In this document: one piece after another, positions 21,336 to 30,986 of the stretch | Layout: every line of letters starts with the position of its first letter | Numbering within the stretch: position 1 is the stretch's first letter | Assembly: GCA_965279355.1 (NCBI GenBank) | Contig: OZ257155.1 | Coordinates: 3,881,048 to 3,945,047, forward strand | Direction of reading: 5' to 3' | Length of the DNA: 64,000 nt | Source: Alphaproteobacteria bacterium | GTDB taxonomy: Bacteria; Pseudomonadota; Alphaproteobacteria; CACIAM-22H2 | Position numbers and translations under genes: made by a program | The notes under the pieces: generated by a model | Databases searched by the model: none | What the model saw: only the letters and a program-made list of their open reading frames with translations | What the model was told of the DNA's origin: nothing

Positions 21336-21641
21336 ATGGACGACCGTACCCGCACTGAGCTCGAGGCTGCCGCGTTCCGCCGGCTGGTCGAACATCTTCG
21401 CGAGCGCAAGGATGTGCAGAATCTCGATCTGATGAATCTCGCCGGCTTCTGCCGCAACTGCCTGTCGAACTGGTATCAGGAAGCGGCCACCGAAAAGGGC
21501 GTGCCGATGGACAAGGGCAAGGCGCGCGAAATGGTCTACGGCATGCCCTACGAGGAGTGGAAGGCGAAGTACCAGAAGGAAGCCTCGCCCGACCAGATGA
21601 AGGCGTTTCAGGCCCAGGGCGGCGGTTCTCATAAGCACTGA
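21336..21641 (+). CDS. DUF1244 family protein
   Basis: A GGAGG RBS 7 nt upstream. It has the conserved LAGFCRNCLSNWY Cys motif and is 101 aa long. Confidence 0.6.
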   Translation: MDDRTRTELEAAAFRRLVEHLRERKDVQNLDLMNLAGFCRNCLSNWYQEAATEKGVPMDKGKAREMVYGMPYEEWKAKYQKEASPDQMKAFQAQGGGSHKH

Positions 21642-21651
21642 TGGCTGGACG

Positions 21652-22806
21652 ATGTTCTCTGCAAGGCTGACCGCGCTTGTGTTTGGCGTGGTCGCATTGC
21701 TGACGAGCCAGGCGATCGCGCAGACCGATCTTATCCCCGGTTACCTGGACAGCCCGCCGCGCGGTCCTGCGGCCGCAAAAGGTGCAGTGATCTACAGTCA
21801 CGGTCTGCCGCGCGTCACGGATGGGATCGAGGATGCGCTTGGGGCTACGCCCTACGTTGTTGATTCGCTGCGCGATGCCGGCTGGGATGTTTTCCGTCAG
21901 CCGCGACGTTGGACGTCGGATGCGCTGACGGCACAACCGCTCGCGTTGGCGGCGGCGGCAAGCAAGCTGCGCGACACCGGCTATACACGCATCGTGCTGG
22001 TCGGGCAGAGCTTCGGTGCATGGATTTCACTGGCGGCGGCATCGAAGGCCGGTTTCCCGATCCATGCGGTGATTGCCTTCGCCCCGGCGGCATTCGGCAC
22101 GCAGGCTGAATCTCCAGCCTGGGAGCAGAATGCGAAAGCACTCTATCCCGTGGTTGAGGCTGGGGGCGCGGAACGTACGCTCGTCTTCCTGTTCAATGAC
22201 GATCCTTATGATCCGGGTGAGCGCGGCGATCATTTGCGCGCCATCTTCGAGCGGCGCGGTCTGGCAGCGGATGTCGTTGACCGGCCTAGCGGCTATAACG
22301 GCCACACGGTGGCGCTGACGCGGGGCTTTTCCCAGCGGTTTGGCCCCTGCCTTGCCGACTTCATCGAAGCCGAGCCGCCGGAGCCCTACTTCGTCTGTGA
22401 TGAGCGGCCGCCGCTGGCCAGACAGCTGGTGTTTGATCTCCCGCAGGACCTGCGGATCCAGGTCTCCGCTCACGATACGGAACCCGAACTGGCCCGGTTA
22501 ATCGGCCGCTGGTACGGCGTGTATCCGCACGGCCGGGAGGTGCAGCTGATCATCCATGAAACGTTTTCGGATCAGGCGCGCGCCATCTATGCGTTCGGCC
22601 CGGTGGCGCGCGGCGGCGACGAAAAGAGCGGATTTACGCGCCGCCGCGGAACGTACCACCGCGGAACGGGCCTTCTGGTCTTCAACGAGACGCAGACCGA
22701 CAACATCATCGAAGCCACGTTGCTGCCCGATTCCCGCCTGCTGCTGACCCTCCGCAGCCGCCGCAGCGGCGATACCCTGACCGTGGTTCTCCGCCGGCTC
22801 GATTGA
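21652..22806 (+). CDS. Secreted alpha/beta-hydrolase-fold protein with an uncharacterised C-terminal domain
   Basis: A signal peptide MFSARLTALVFGVVALLTSQAIAQ, a nucleophile elbow GQSFG, and a 384-aa length. Confidence 0.55.
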   Translation: MFSARLTALVFGVVALLTSQAIAQTDLIPGYLDSPPRGPAAAKGAVIYSHGLPRVTDGIEDALGATPYVVDSLRDAGWDVFRQPRRWTSDALTAQPLALAAAASKLRDTGYTRIVLVGQSFGAWISLAAASKAGFPIHAVIAFAPAAFGTQAESPAWEQNAKALYPVVEAGGAERTLVFLFNDDPYDPGERGDHLRAIFERRGLAADVVDRPSGYNGHTVALTRGFSQRFGPCLADFIEAEPPEPYFVCDERPPLARQLVFDLPQDLRIQVSAHDTEPELARLIGRWYGVYPHGREVQLIIHETFSDQARAIYAFGPVARGGDEKSGFTRRRGTYHRGTGLLVFNETQTDNIIEATLLPDSRLLLTLRSRRSGDTLTVVLRRLD

Positions 22807-22908
22807 GGCGGTCCGTCCCCGTTATCCACTTAATCCACAGCGCTATTCCTTTGCGCCTGACGCCAACCCACCGCTATGTACCTTGTCTCATCAGCAGGAG
22901 TCGGGCGC

Positions 22909-23163
22909 ATGGCGGACGGCAGCAGCACGGTAGGGAATGTCGCGGCGGAGAAGCTCAAGTCGTTCGTTGAGCGGATCGAGCGCCTCGAGGCCGAAAAGGC
23001 CGAACTCGGCGCCGATATTCGCGAGGTCTATTCCGAGGCCAAGGGCAACGGATTCGACACCAAAATCATGCGCCAGGTTGTCCGGCTGCGGAAAATGGAA
23101 GTCGCGGATCGTCGCGAGCAGGACGAGCTGCTGGATATCTATCGCCGCGCGCTCGATATCTGA
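22909..23163 (+). CDS. gapR: GapR-like nucleoid-associated protein (DUF2312/UPF0335)
   Basis: The start is trimmed to MADGSS. It is very similar to Caulobacter GapR, including KSFVERIERLEAEKAEL and EAKGNGFD. Confidence 0.8.
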   Translation: MADGSSTVGNVAAEKLKSFVERIERLEAEKAELGADIREVYSEAKGNGFDTKIMRQVVRLRKMEVADRREQDELLDIYRRALDI

Positions 23164-23182
23164 CGAAGCCGCTAATCGCCAA

Positions 23183-24058
23183 TCAGTTGGCGGCCTTGGC
23201 CTGAGCCAGGTTTGCGCGGCGCTCTGCCGCCGCGACCGTATTGTCGAGCAGCATTGTCACGGTCATTGGCCCGACACCTCCCGGCACGGGAGTGATGTAA
23301 GAGGCCTTCTGGCGCACGCCTTCGAAATCGACGTCGCCGACCAGTTTGCCGTCGGGCAGGCGATTGATGCCGACATCGATCACGACGGCGCCGTGTTTGA
23401 TCATTTGCGGCACGATCAGTTTCGGCTTGCCCGCAGCCACGACCAGAATGTCGGCGAGGATCGTGTACTGGGCGAGATCGCGCGTCTTGGCGTGACAGAT
23501 CGCAACCGTCGCCTCCTTCTGCATCAGCATCAGCGCCATCGGCTTGCCGACAATATTGCTGGCACCGACCACCGTGACGTTCTTGCCTTCGACCGAGATG
23601 TTCTCGTGCTCCAGCAGCTTTTGGACGCCGTAAGGCGTGCAGGGCGGGAAAACCGTATCGCCCAGCACCAGACCGCCGACGTTGTAGAGATGGAAGCCGT
23701 CGACGTCTTTCTCGACGGAAATAACCTCAAGGATACGACGCACCGGAATTGATGGCGGCAGCGGTAACTGGACCAGGATGCCGTGCACATTCGGATCGGC
23801 ATTCAGATTCTGGATGGAGTTGACGAGCGTCTCTTCGCTGACATCGGCGGAGAAATTCAGGACCCGTGAATTGATACCGGCTTCGCCGCAGGCGCGGACC
23901 TTGTTGCGCACATAGACGGCCGAGGCAGCGTTCTCGCCGACCATAATGACGACAAGGCCGGGGACCACGCCTCTGGCCTTGAGGGATTCGGCGCGCTGTT
24001 TGATCTCGGCGCGAACCTTCCGGGCAACGGCGTTGCCATCGATTATATTGGCGGACAT
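23183..24058 (-). CDS. folD: Bifunctional methylenetetrahydrofolate dehydrogenase/cyclohydrolase
   Basis: The start is trimmed to MSANIIDG. It has the FolD motifs VGENAASAVYVRNK and PGGVGPMT. Confidence 0.9.
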   Translation of the reverse strand: MSANIIDGNAVARKVRAEIKQRAESLKARGVVPGLVVIMVGENAASAVYVRNKVRACGEAGINSRVLNFSADVSEETLVNSIQNLNADPNVHGILVQLPLPPSIPVRRILEVISVEKDVDGFHLYNVGGLVLGDTVFPPCTPYGVQKLLEHENISVEGKNVTVVGASNIVGKPMALMLMQKEATVAICHAKTRDLAQYTILADILVVAAGKPKLIVPQMIKHGAVVIDVGINRLPDGKLVGDVDFEGVRQKASYITPVPGGVGPMTVTMLLDNTVAAAERRANLAQAKAAN

Positions 24059-24080
24059 CTGGGGCGTGGGGTTGCTGTGG

Positions 24081-24932
24081 TCAGGCATAGGCGTGTGTGC
24101 GGAGCCATTGTGCCGTCTTGTTGAAGCCGCCAAAAACGAAAAAATGCAGGCCAGCTATGCCGAGCGTCGGGTCTGCATCCAGTGCGGTGCCGAGTTCCTT
24201 GATGATCGGTTCCGGGCTGCTGTCGGTCAGCAGCCGGGTGAGGGAGGGCGCCCGGGTAAGGGCGCGAACCGAGTTGCCGACGCCGCAGCGGAGCGCGTAG
24301 CGGGTCAGTGTGGCGATGCTGGCGGGGCCGGCGAGGCCGACCCGGACAGGCGTATCGATACCGCTCTGCCGCAGCTTACGGAGCCAGCCGAGGATCGCCG
24401 TGGACTCGAAGCAAAACTGGCTGACGATATGCAGCGCGGCGCCCTCACGCTTCGCCCAGTCGCGTTTGTAGGCCAGGGCGGTGGCGATGGCGGCGTCGGG
24501 TATCTTCGGGTTGCCCTCAGGAAAGCCGCTGATGCCGATTTCGGTGATGCCGTGCTTTTGTAGCAGGCCGCTGTCGAGCACTTCAATGCTGGAACCAAAC
24601 GGACCGGCCGGCTTGTCGCGGTCGCCGGCGATCAGCAGAATCTGTGTAACGCCAGCGTCGCCATGAAACCGCGTCAGCAGCTGATCGAGCTGCGCTTCAC
24701 TTTCGAGATGCCGGGCGCCGATATGCGGCACCGGGATCAGGCCACCACGCTGCAAAACGGATGCTGCATGAACCGTTTTCAGCGGATCGTCGCCGGGAAT
24801 CCAGGTGAGATAGACTGCGCTGCCCTTCTCAAGCTGAGCCGGGCAGGAGTCGATCGTCTTGGGTTCCCGAGACGTGACCTCGATGGAGCAGCCACGCAGC
24901 AGAGTCGGGAGATGCGATCTGGACTCTGACAC
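24081..24932 (-). CDS. metF: 5,10-methylenetetrahydrofolate reductase (MetF family)
   Basis: A 283-aa protein with the TIM-barrel MetF motifs IVSQFCFE and HFFVFGG. Confidence 0.8.
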   Translation of the reverse strand: MSESRSHLPTLLRGCSIEVTSREPKTIDSCPAQLEKGSAVYLTWIPGDDPLKTVHAASVLQRGGLIPVPHIGARHLESEAQLDQLLTRFHGDAGVTQILLIAGDRDKPAGPFGSSIEVLDSGLLQKHGITEIGISGFPEGNPKIPDAAIATALAYKRDWAKREGAALHIVSQFCFESTAILGWLRKLRQSGIDTPVRVGLAGPASIATLTRYALRCGVGNSVRALTRAPSLTRLLTDSSPEPIIKELGTALDADPTLGIAGLHFFVFGGFNKTAQWLRTHAYA

Positions 24933-24956
24933 GAGGCTGCTCCTACCGCAGACTGC

Positions 24957-26459
24957 TTAGTCGCGCTTGCGGGAGACGACGTAGGACTCATCCCAGAACC
25001 AGAGGCCGCCGTGCTTGGTCAGCACTTCGCGCGTGGCTTCCAGGTATTTGTCGTTCTTCAAGGCCTGTTCGAGGCGCTGGTCCTCGATCTGCGCCACGTA
25101 CACCGCGGCGTTCCATGCCGCGAACAGCGTCGACGTGCCGATCGAGGAGCTGACCTCGTTGGGCAGCGTATGCATGTCGTAGCGGAACAGCGAACGGCCG
25201 TCGGCATAGGCGTTGAAGTTCAGGTCACGGCCGGCATTGCCGAGCTCCGTCTTGAGCTGCTTGAGCAGTTCGTGACGGTCGCCGATGAACGGCTGCTCGC
25301 CGGGCCAGACCTTCTGGATGATTTCCAGGCCCGGATCGTTGCCGCAGGAGTGGATGCCGAGCAGGCGCCCGCCGGGCCCCAGCGCCCTGGCGAGCGGGGC
25401 CAGAACCTTCTTCGCCTTGAACTCCACCGACGCGCGGGCGCGGTAGGGCTGCGAGGCGATGACGAGATCGTAGTCGGCGCGGGTGGCGCCGCGCTTGGGG
25501 ATCACGTTGTCGAGCAGGAAACGATGATCCTCGCGATAGATGATCAGCACCACCGGGCGGTCGTAGACGGTATTGCCGGTCTTCTCACTCGCCCGCGCGC
25601 GCCAGTTGTCGGCGAGGAACGGGTTGAGGGCGGTGATCTGCTCTTCGAAGTCGTGCGAGGTATTGCCGCGCAGCGCGACCTCGTGCCACACGAGGCTCGA
25701 TGCGGCGGTGACCGAGTTCGGCACCAGCCACGGAGCTTCGGCGTAGTAAAGGTTGGTCATCACGAGAACGCTGCTCGGATGCTCGAAGAAGCGGTCGGAC
25801 ATCTTCTCAAGGGCCAGACGCACATCCTCGAGGCTGATTTCCTTGCCGACGATGTAGAACGGCATGGCCGGGAAGCGCTGGTGCATCGCGCGCATGACGC
25901 GCGTCAGGACCGTGCCGTCGCCGACACCGGCGTCGAACAGGCGCAGCGCCGGCGGACGCGGATGGATGTTTGCGAGTTCGAGCGCGACGCGCTGCGCGAC
26001 CGCCCACTTCTCGCTGCATGTGTTCACGAACAGCAGATATTTCTGGCGGTTGTCGTAAAAGCGGAAGTTCTTGGGTTCCTGCTTCGGGTCGCCGCTCTTG
26101 GGGGCGCCGCCGCCGGCACCGGCCGGGCCCGGCTGGCTGATTGGCGTCACGGCACCGCTGCCATTGCCACTCGGCGCCGAGGCGCGCAGCGTATCGGCGC
26201 GCGCCGGGCCGTTCAGCGTGGCAACCGCGCGAGTCGGACGCGAGAGCAGCAGCGTCTTGCCGCGATTGCCCGAGCCGGGAATGTGATTTTCCATGTAGGT
26301 ACGGACGCGATGCAGCGTCTCGGTCGTGATGCGCCCGCCGTATTTGAGGCGGCTCACGAACTTGCCGTCATTGACGGCGAGGCGACCGAAGGTGGACTCC
26401 GCCATGCCGACGCGGCGGCAATATTCGGAGATTTCCTGGAGCAGCATATCTGAGTCCAT
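24957..26459 (-). CDS. HTH-like N-terminal domain fused to a class I SAM-dependent methyltransferase-like domain (SahR-like architecture)
   Basis: A 500-aa protein with a predicted DNA-binding helical domain at the N-terminus, a Gly/Pro/Ala-rich linker, and then MTase motif I LFDAGVGDGTV. It sits upstream of metF and folD on the same strand. RBS GGGAGG. Confidence 0.55.
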   Translation of the reverse strand: MDSDMLLQEISEYCRRVGMAESTFGRLAVNDGKFVSRLKYGGRITTETLHRVRTYMENHIPGSGNRGKTLLLSRPTRAVATLNGPARADTLRASAPSGNGSGAVTPISQPGPAGAGGGAPKSGDPKQEPKNFRFYDNRQKYLLFVNTCSEKWAVAQRVALELANIHPRPPALRLFDAGVGDGTVLTRVMRAMHQRFPAMPFYIVGKEISLEDVRLALEKMSDRFFEHPSSVLVMTNLYYAEAPWLVPNSVTAASSLVWHEVALRGNTSHDFEEQITALNPFLADNWRARASEKTGNTVYDRPVVLIIYREDHRFLLDNVIPKRGATRADYDLVIASQPYRARASVEFKAKKVLAPLARALGPGGRLLGIHSCGNDPGLEIIQKVWPGEQPFIGDRHELLKQLKTELGNAGRDLNFNAYADGRSLFRYDMHTLPNEVSSSIGTSTLFAAWNAAVYVAQIEDQRLEQALKNDKYLEATREVLTKHGGLWFWDESYVVSRKRD

Positions 26460-26774
26460 CGGGTGTTCCTCCCATGCGGCCCTGGAACGACGGTCCCAAC
26501 GCTGCGCATGCCCTGTGTTCGTTGGGCGTGATTCCTAGCCCTCGGCGGCGGGACTTCAACCACAATTCAGCCCACATTCATAGTGGGACAAATTCGTGGG
26601 ATAAACAATCCGGTAATATACCGAGATTTCGGCGGAAATCTGCCCTACCGGCGGCCTTATATTAACCGACGGGAGTCGTCGCGGGTGCTCAGGTAAGTGG
26701 GATGAATCCCATCTCCGGGCGGGTCACATGCGGTTTGGGCCACCCCTCCGGGCTTTCCGGAGGAGCGGGCCCGT

Positions 26775-29700
26775 TTACTCGGCGGGTGCGTGCGAGCGCC
26801 GGCGCCCACGCTTGGCAGCGCGGTGGTCCTTACGGGACTCGCGCCAGGATCGCAGGTTGGCGAGCGCCATCAGCGTCGCGGGCGTGACCAGCAAGGTCAG
26901 CAGTGTCGCAAAACCAAGTCCGAAGACAATCGAGGTCGAGAGCTGTACCCACCACTGCGTCGACGGGGCGCCGATCGCGATATCGCGCGTGACGAAGTCG
27001 AGATTGACGCCGAACGCGATCGCCAGCACGCCGAGGATCGCGGTCACCGCCGTCAGCACCACGGGGCGGGCGCGTTCGCGGCAGGTCTGGATGATGGCAT
27101 CGTAGGCGGCAACGCCTTCGCGGCGCAGGCGGTCATACGTGTCGATCAGCACGATGTTGTTGTTCACGATGACCCCGGCATTGGCGATGATGCCGATACC
27201 GGTCATGACCACGCCGAAGGCTTGTCCCATGACCATCAGTCCGATCAGGACGCCGATGGTCGACAGCACGACCGCCGACAGCACGACCATCACGCTGCTG
27301 AACTTGTTGAACTGCGCCAGCAGGATCGCAAAGATCAGGAAGAGTGCGGCCCCGAAGGCCTTCATCAGGAAGGCGCCTGCTTTCTCACGCTCCTCGTCTT
27401 CGCCCTTCAGGCGATAATTCACGCCAAGCCCGAGGTCGGCGCCTTGCATCGCCTCGATCACCTGCTTCTGGACAACGGCGGACTGAACCCCTTCGGCCAC
27501 GTTCGCGGTGACGGTGATGACGCGCGCGCCGGCGACGCGATTGATCAGACTGACCTTCTGGGTCGGCTTGCGTTCCACGAAATTGCCGATCGGAACCGCG
27601 CCGTTGGGCGTATTCACGCGCAGTTCGTCCAGCTGATCGAGATTGCGCCGGTTCTCCGGAAAGCGGACGAGGATGTCGACCGCCTTGTCGGTGTCGGCCG
27701 GACGATACTCGGTCACCTTCACGCCGTTGGTGACGAGCTGCACGGCGGCGCCGACGCCGGCCGGGCTGATACCGTATTTCGCCGCTTCCGCGCGGTTAAC
27801 TTCAAGGCGCCAGTCGATGCCAGGGAGCGGCAGGCCATCGTCAATATCGCGCGCATCCGGAATACTCCGGAGGATTTCGGCAACCTTGCGCGCGGCGGGT
27901 GCCAGGCGTTCGGGTTCGATCGCGGAGAGCTGAAGCGTAATCGGCTTGCCGACCGGCGGTCCGGCACGCGGCTTGTTCACCTCGATGATGACACCCGGCA
28001 TGTCTTTCGTCATTTCACGGATGTCGTTCATGATCTCGCCTGCCTTGCGGCGCAGGCGCCAGTCGATGAATTCGAACTGGATGGTTCCGACGGTGTCTTC
28101 GGTCACTTCGTCGGATCCGCGCTGACGCTCACCCGAACGTGCATAGATCGTCGAGACCTCGCGCATGGTGAGCATCTTCTGTTCGATCTCGTAGACCAGC
28201 CGGTCCTTTTCGGCGAGCGACAGATTGCCGCGCGCACGCACCTGGACAAGGCCGAAATCGGGCTCCACGTCAGGGAAGAACTCGACGCCGTTGCCGAACT
28301 TGCCGTAGCCGACAATGACACCGACCAGAAGGGCGACGGTTCCACCCAGCATCATCAGCGGCCGGCCGACCGTGAAGCGGACGGCGCGCATGTATAGGCC
28401 ATCGTCTTTCATGCTGTCGTCGTGGATCGGCGCCGCGCGACCGAGAAGCGCGCCGAGGGTTGGCGTGAAGAACAGCGCCACGATCAGCGATGCGGAGAGT
28501 GTCGCGATCAGGGTGATCGGCATGTACATCATGAACTGGCCGACAACGCCGGGCCAGAACATAAGCGGTGAGAACGCGGCCACGCGGGTCGCCGTCGCGG
28601 CGATCACGGGCCCGGCCATGCGCTTGGCCGCCAGCGAATATGCGGCGGGGGCGGGCATGCCTTCGGCCATGCGGCGCTCGGCAAACTCCGAAACGATGAT
28701 GGCATCGTCGACCAGCATGCCGACCGCGAGGATCAGCGAGAACAGCACCACGATGTTGACGGTCAAGCCGGCGAGCTGCAGGCCAAGGATGCCGGCCAGG
28801 AACGACGCCGGGATCGCGATGCCGATGAACAGCGACGCGCGTCCGCCGAGCACGACCATCATGATGACGATGACCAGCAGAACCGCGGTGATCACGCTGT
28901 TCTGCAGCTCATGCAGCATGTCGCGGATGCCCTTGGACTTGTCCTGCGTATAGTTGATGTGGACGGTGCCGGGCCATTGCTGCTTCAGCTTCTCGACGAC
29001 CTTTTTGGTCGCATCCACCGTCTCGATCAGGTTGGCGCCGGTGCGCTTGGAGACTTCGATGGCGATCGCCGGCTTTCCGTTGACGCGGGTGACGGAGGTC
29101 CAGTCCTTGAAGGTCGGGCGCACCTCGGCGACGTCGCTCAGGACGACCGAGGCTGCGCCAGTGGCGGCAATCGGGAAATTGAGAAGATCGCGCGCGGTCT
29201 CGATGACCGAGGGCACCTTGACCGCAAAACGGCCGGACGCGCTTTCCAGGGCGCCGGCGGCGATCAGCGCGTTGCCGGCGTTGAACGAGGCGATGAGCTG
29301 ATCGATGGCGATGCCGTAGCTTTTCAGCAGGCTGGGCTCGACGGTGATCTCCACGGCCTCGTCACGCGAGCCGCGCAGTTCGGCCGACAGCACCCCGGGA
29401 ATCTGCTCAATCGACGTCTTTGCCTGACGTGCGAACTGCAGCAGCGTGCGCTCCGGGACGTCGCCGCCCAGAGAGACGACGAGCACCGGGAAGAGCGAGA
29501 GATTGACCTCGCGTACTTGCGGCTCGTCGGCATCGCGCGGCAGGTCGCGCTTGGCCTCGTCGACCTTGGCGCGGACATCGGCGAGTGCTGCGGTTGAATT
29601 GAAGCCGGCCTCGAATTCGACCAGCACATAGCCGCCGCCTTCGAACGCGGCGGAGCGCATTTCCTTGATGTTGGGGACCGATTTGAGCTGGGTTTCCAGC

Positions 29701-29900
29701 GGACGCAGGATCAGGCGCTCGGCATCTTCCGGGCTGATGCCACGCTGCGTGACGTTCGCATAGATGATCGGGATGCGGACGTCGGGCTCGGCTTCCTTCG
29801 GGATCGAGACATAGGCCGAAAAGCCGGCAATCAGCAGAAATAGCAGGACCGCAAACGTCAGGCGCGCGTGCGAGATCGCATAATCGACGGGATTCCCCAT
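26775..29900 (-). CDS. RND efflux transporter permease (AcrB/HAE1 family)
   Basis: A 1041-aa protein with 12 TMS and two large periplasmic loops. Confidence 0.9.
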   Translation of the reverse strand: MGNPVDYAISHARLTFAVLLFLLIAGFSAYVSIPKEAEPDVRIPIIYANVTQRGISPEDAERLILRPLETQLKSVPNIKEMRSAAFEGGGYVLVEFEAGFNSTAALADVRAKVDEAKRDLPRDADEPQVREVNLSLFPVLVVSLGGDVPERTLLQFARQAKTSIEQIPGVLSAELRGSRDEAVEITVEPSLLKSYGIAIDQLIASFNAGNALIAAGALESASGRFAVKVPSVIETARDLLNFPIAATGAASVVLSDVAEVRPTFKDWTSVTRVNGKPAIAIEVSKRTGANLIETVDATKKVVEKLKQQWPGTVHINYTQDKSKGIRDMLHELQNSVITAVLLVIVIMMVVLGGRASLFIGIAIPASFLAGILGLQLAGLTVNIVVLFSLILAVGMLVDDAIIVSEFAERRMAEGMPAPAAYSLAAKRMAGPVIAATATRVAAFSPLMFWPGVVGQFMMYMPITLIATLSASLIVALFFTPTLGALLGRAAPIHDDSMKDDGLYMRAVRFTVGRPLMMLGGTVALLVGVIVGYGKFGNGVEFFPDVEPDFGLVQVRARGNLSLAEKDRLVYEIEQKMLTMREVSTIYARSGERQRGSDEVTEDTVGTIQFEFIDWRLRRKAGEIMNDIREMTKDMPGVIIEVNKPRAGPPVGKPITLQLSAIEPERLAPAARKVAEILRSIPDARDIDDGLPLPGIDWRLEVNRAEAAKYGISPAGVGAAVQLVTNGVKVTEYRPADTDKAVDILVRFPENRRNLDQLDELRVNTPNGAVPIGNFVERKPTQKVSLINRVAGARVITVTANVAEGVQSAVVQKQVIEAMQGADLGLGVNYRLKGEDEEREKAGAFLMKAFGAALFLIFAILLAQFNKFSSVMVVLSAVVLSTIGVLIGLMVMGQAFGVVMTGIGIIANAGVIVNNNIVLIDTYDRLRREGVAAYDAIIQTCRERARPVVLTAVTAILGVLAIAFGVNLDFVTRDIAIGAPSTQWWVQLSTSIVFGLGFATLLTLLVTPATLMALANLRSWRESRKDHRAAKRGRRRSHAPAE

Positions 29901-29918
29901 GATACAGCCCCTAAGCGG

Positions 29919-30986
29919 TTAGACGGCGCCGATCGGCTGCGCGTCCACCACTTCCCCTTCCTTTACGAAATCCTGGCCCTTGACGATGATGTTCGCGCCA
30001 TTGGGCAGGCCGACCAGCCACACCTGGTCCAGTGCGTCTTCCACGATGATCACCGGCACCGCGGCGACCTTGCCGTCCTGGTCTACGGTGCGGATCGCGA
30101 GGCGCCCTTCGGCGGAGAAGGTGAGCGCTGAACGCGGGACGCGAGCCGCTTCGGTGGGCGCCAGGCGCAGCGTGACGGTCGCAGTGACACCGTCCGGAAT
30201 GGTGCCGCTGGTATTCGAAATTTCGAGATCGACGCGATAGGTGCGGGTTTGCGGGCTGGCCGTGCGCGAGATGAAGCGCACCACGCCTTCCGTTGTATCG
30301 CCGGTCACCAGTTTCACCTGGGCGCGGTCGCCTACACGAACACCGCCGAGCTGCTTCTCCGTCACTTCGACGACGGCCAGCATCGGATCGGGTGCCACGA
30401 TATCGGCGATAATCGCGCCGGGCTGCAACGCCTGTCCGGTTTCCACCGGCACCGTGTTCACGATTCCGGCGAGCGGTGCGAGGACGGCACCCTTTTCGGC
30501 CTCCGATCTCGCCTGGGCGAGGCCGGCTTCGGCGGCGCGCAGCTCGGCTTCGAGTTGCGGCTTGTTGATGGCTGCGAGATTGCCGGATTCGATCAGGCGG
30601 AGGCGCGCGCGAAGCTCGACCTGCCGCTGTTCCAGACGGGCCTTGGCCTGCTCGACACCGGCGGTCCGCGCTTCATCCGACAGGACGGCAATGATGTCGC
30701 CCTTTTTCACGACGGAGCCGCGGCGCACCCGAAGCTCGACGATGGTGCCGGCAGCGCGGGCGATGGCGCTGGAGCGTTTGTCGGCTTCCGTGCGGCCGGA
30801 TAGCACGAGGCTGGGCTGGTGCGTTTCCAGGGCCACCGGCATCACGCTCACCTTGAAGCGCGGCGTGACGGCCTCGGAGCGCGTGACGCTCTCAGGCTTG
30901 CGGTCGGCGCGTCCCACGACGCCCGATCCGATCCACACGATGGCCGCGACAACGAGAATCGCGGCGACGATACGACTCATCTTCAT
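29919..30986 (-). CDS. RND efflux periplasmic adaptor (membrane fusion protein)
   Basis: A 355-aa protein with a lipoyl/alpha-hairpin/beta-barrel pattern and an N-terminal membrane anchor. Confidence 0.85.
   Translation of the reverse strand: MKMSRIVAAILVVAAIVWIGSGVVGRADRKPESVTRSEAVTPRFKVSVMPVALETHQPSLVLSGRTEADKRSSAIARAAGTIVELRVRRGSVVKKGDIIAVLSDEARTAGVEQAKARLEQRQVELRARLRLIESGNLAAINKPQLEAELRAAEAGLAQARSEAEKGAVLAPLAGIVNTVPVETGQALQPGAIIADIVAPDPMLAVVEVTEKQLGGVRVGDRAQVKLVTGDTTEGVVRFISRTASPQTRTYRVDLEISNTSGTIPDGVTATVTLRLAPTEAARVPRSALTFSAEGRLAIRTVDQDGKVAAVPVIIVEDALDQVWLVGLPNGANIIVKGQDFVKEGEVVDAQPIGAV

Noticed and set aside
23164-26774. A ZTP (pfl) riboswitch upstream of the folD-containing operon.
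   Set aside because: folD and metF have only 22-24-bp gaps upstream, with no leader. The long leader upstream of the first gene lacks the conserved pfl pseudoknot elements (UGGCG ... CCGACCGCCUGGGC). I left it as an unspecified structured leader.
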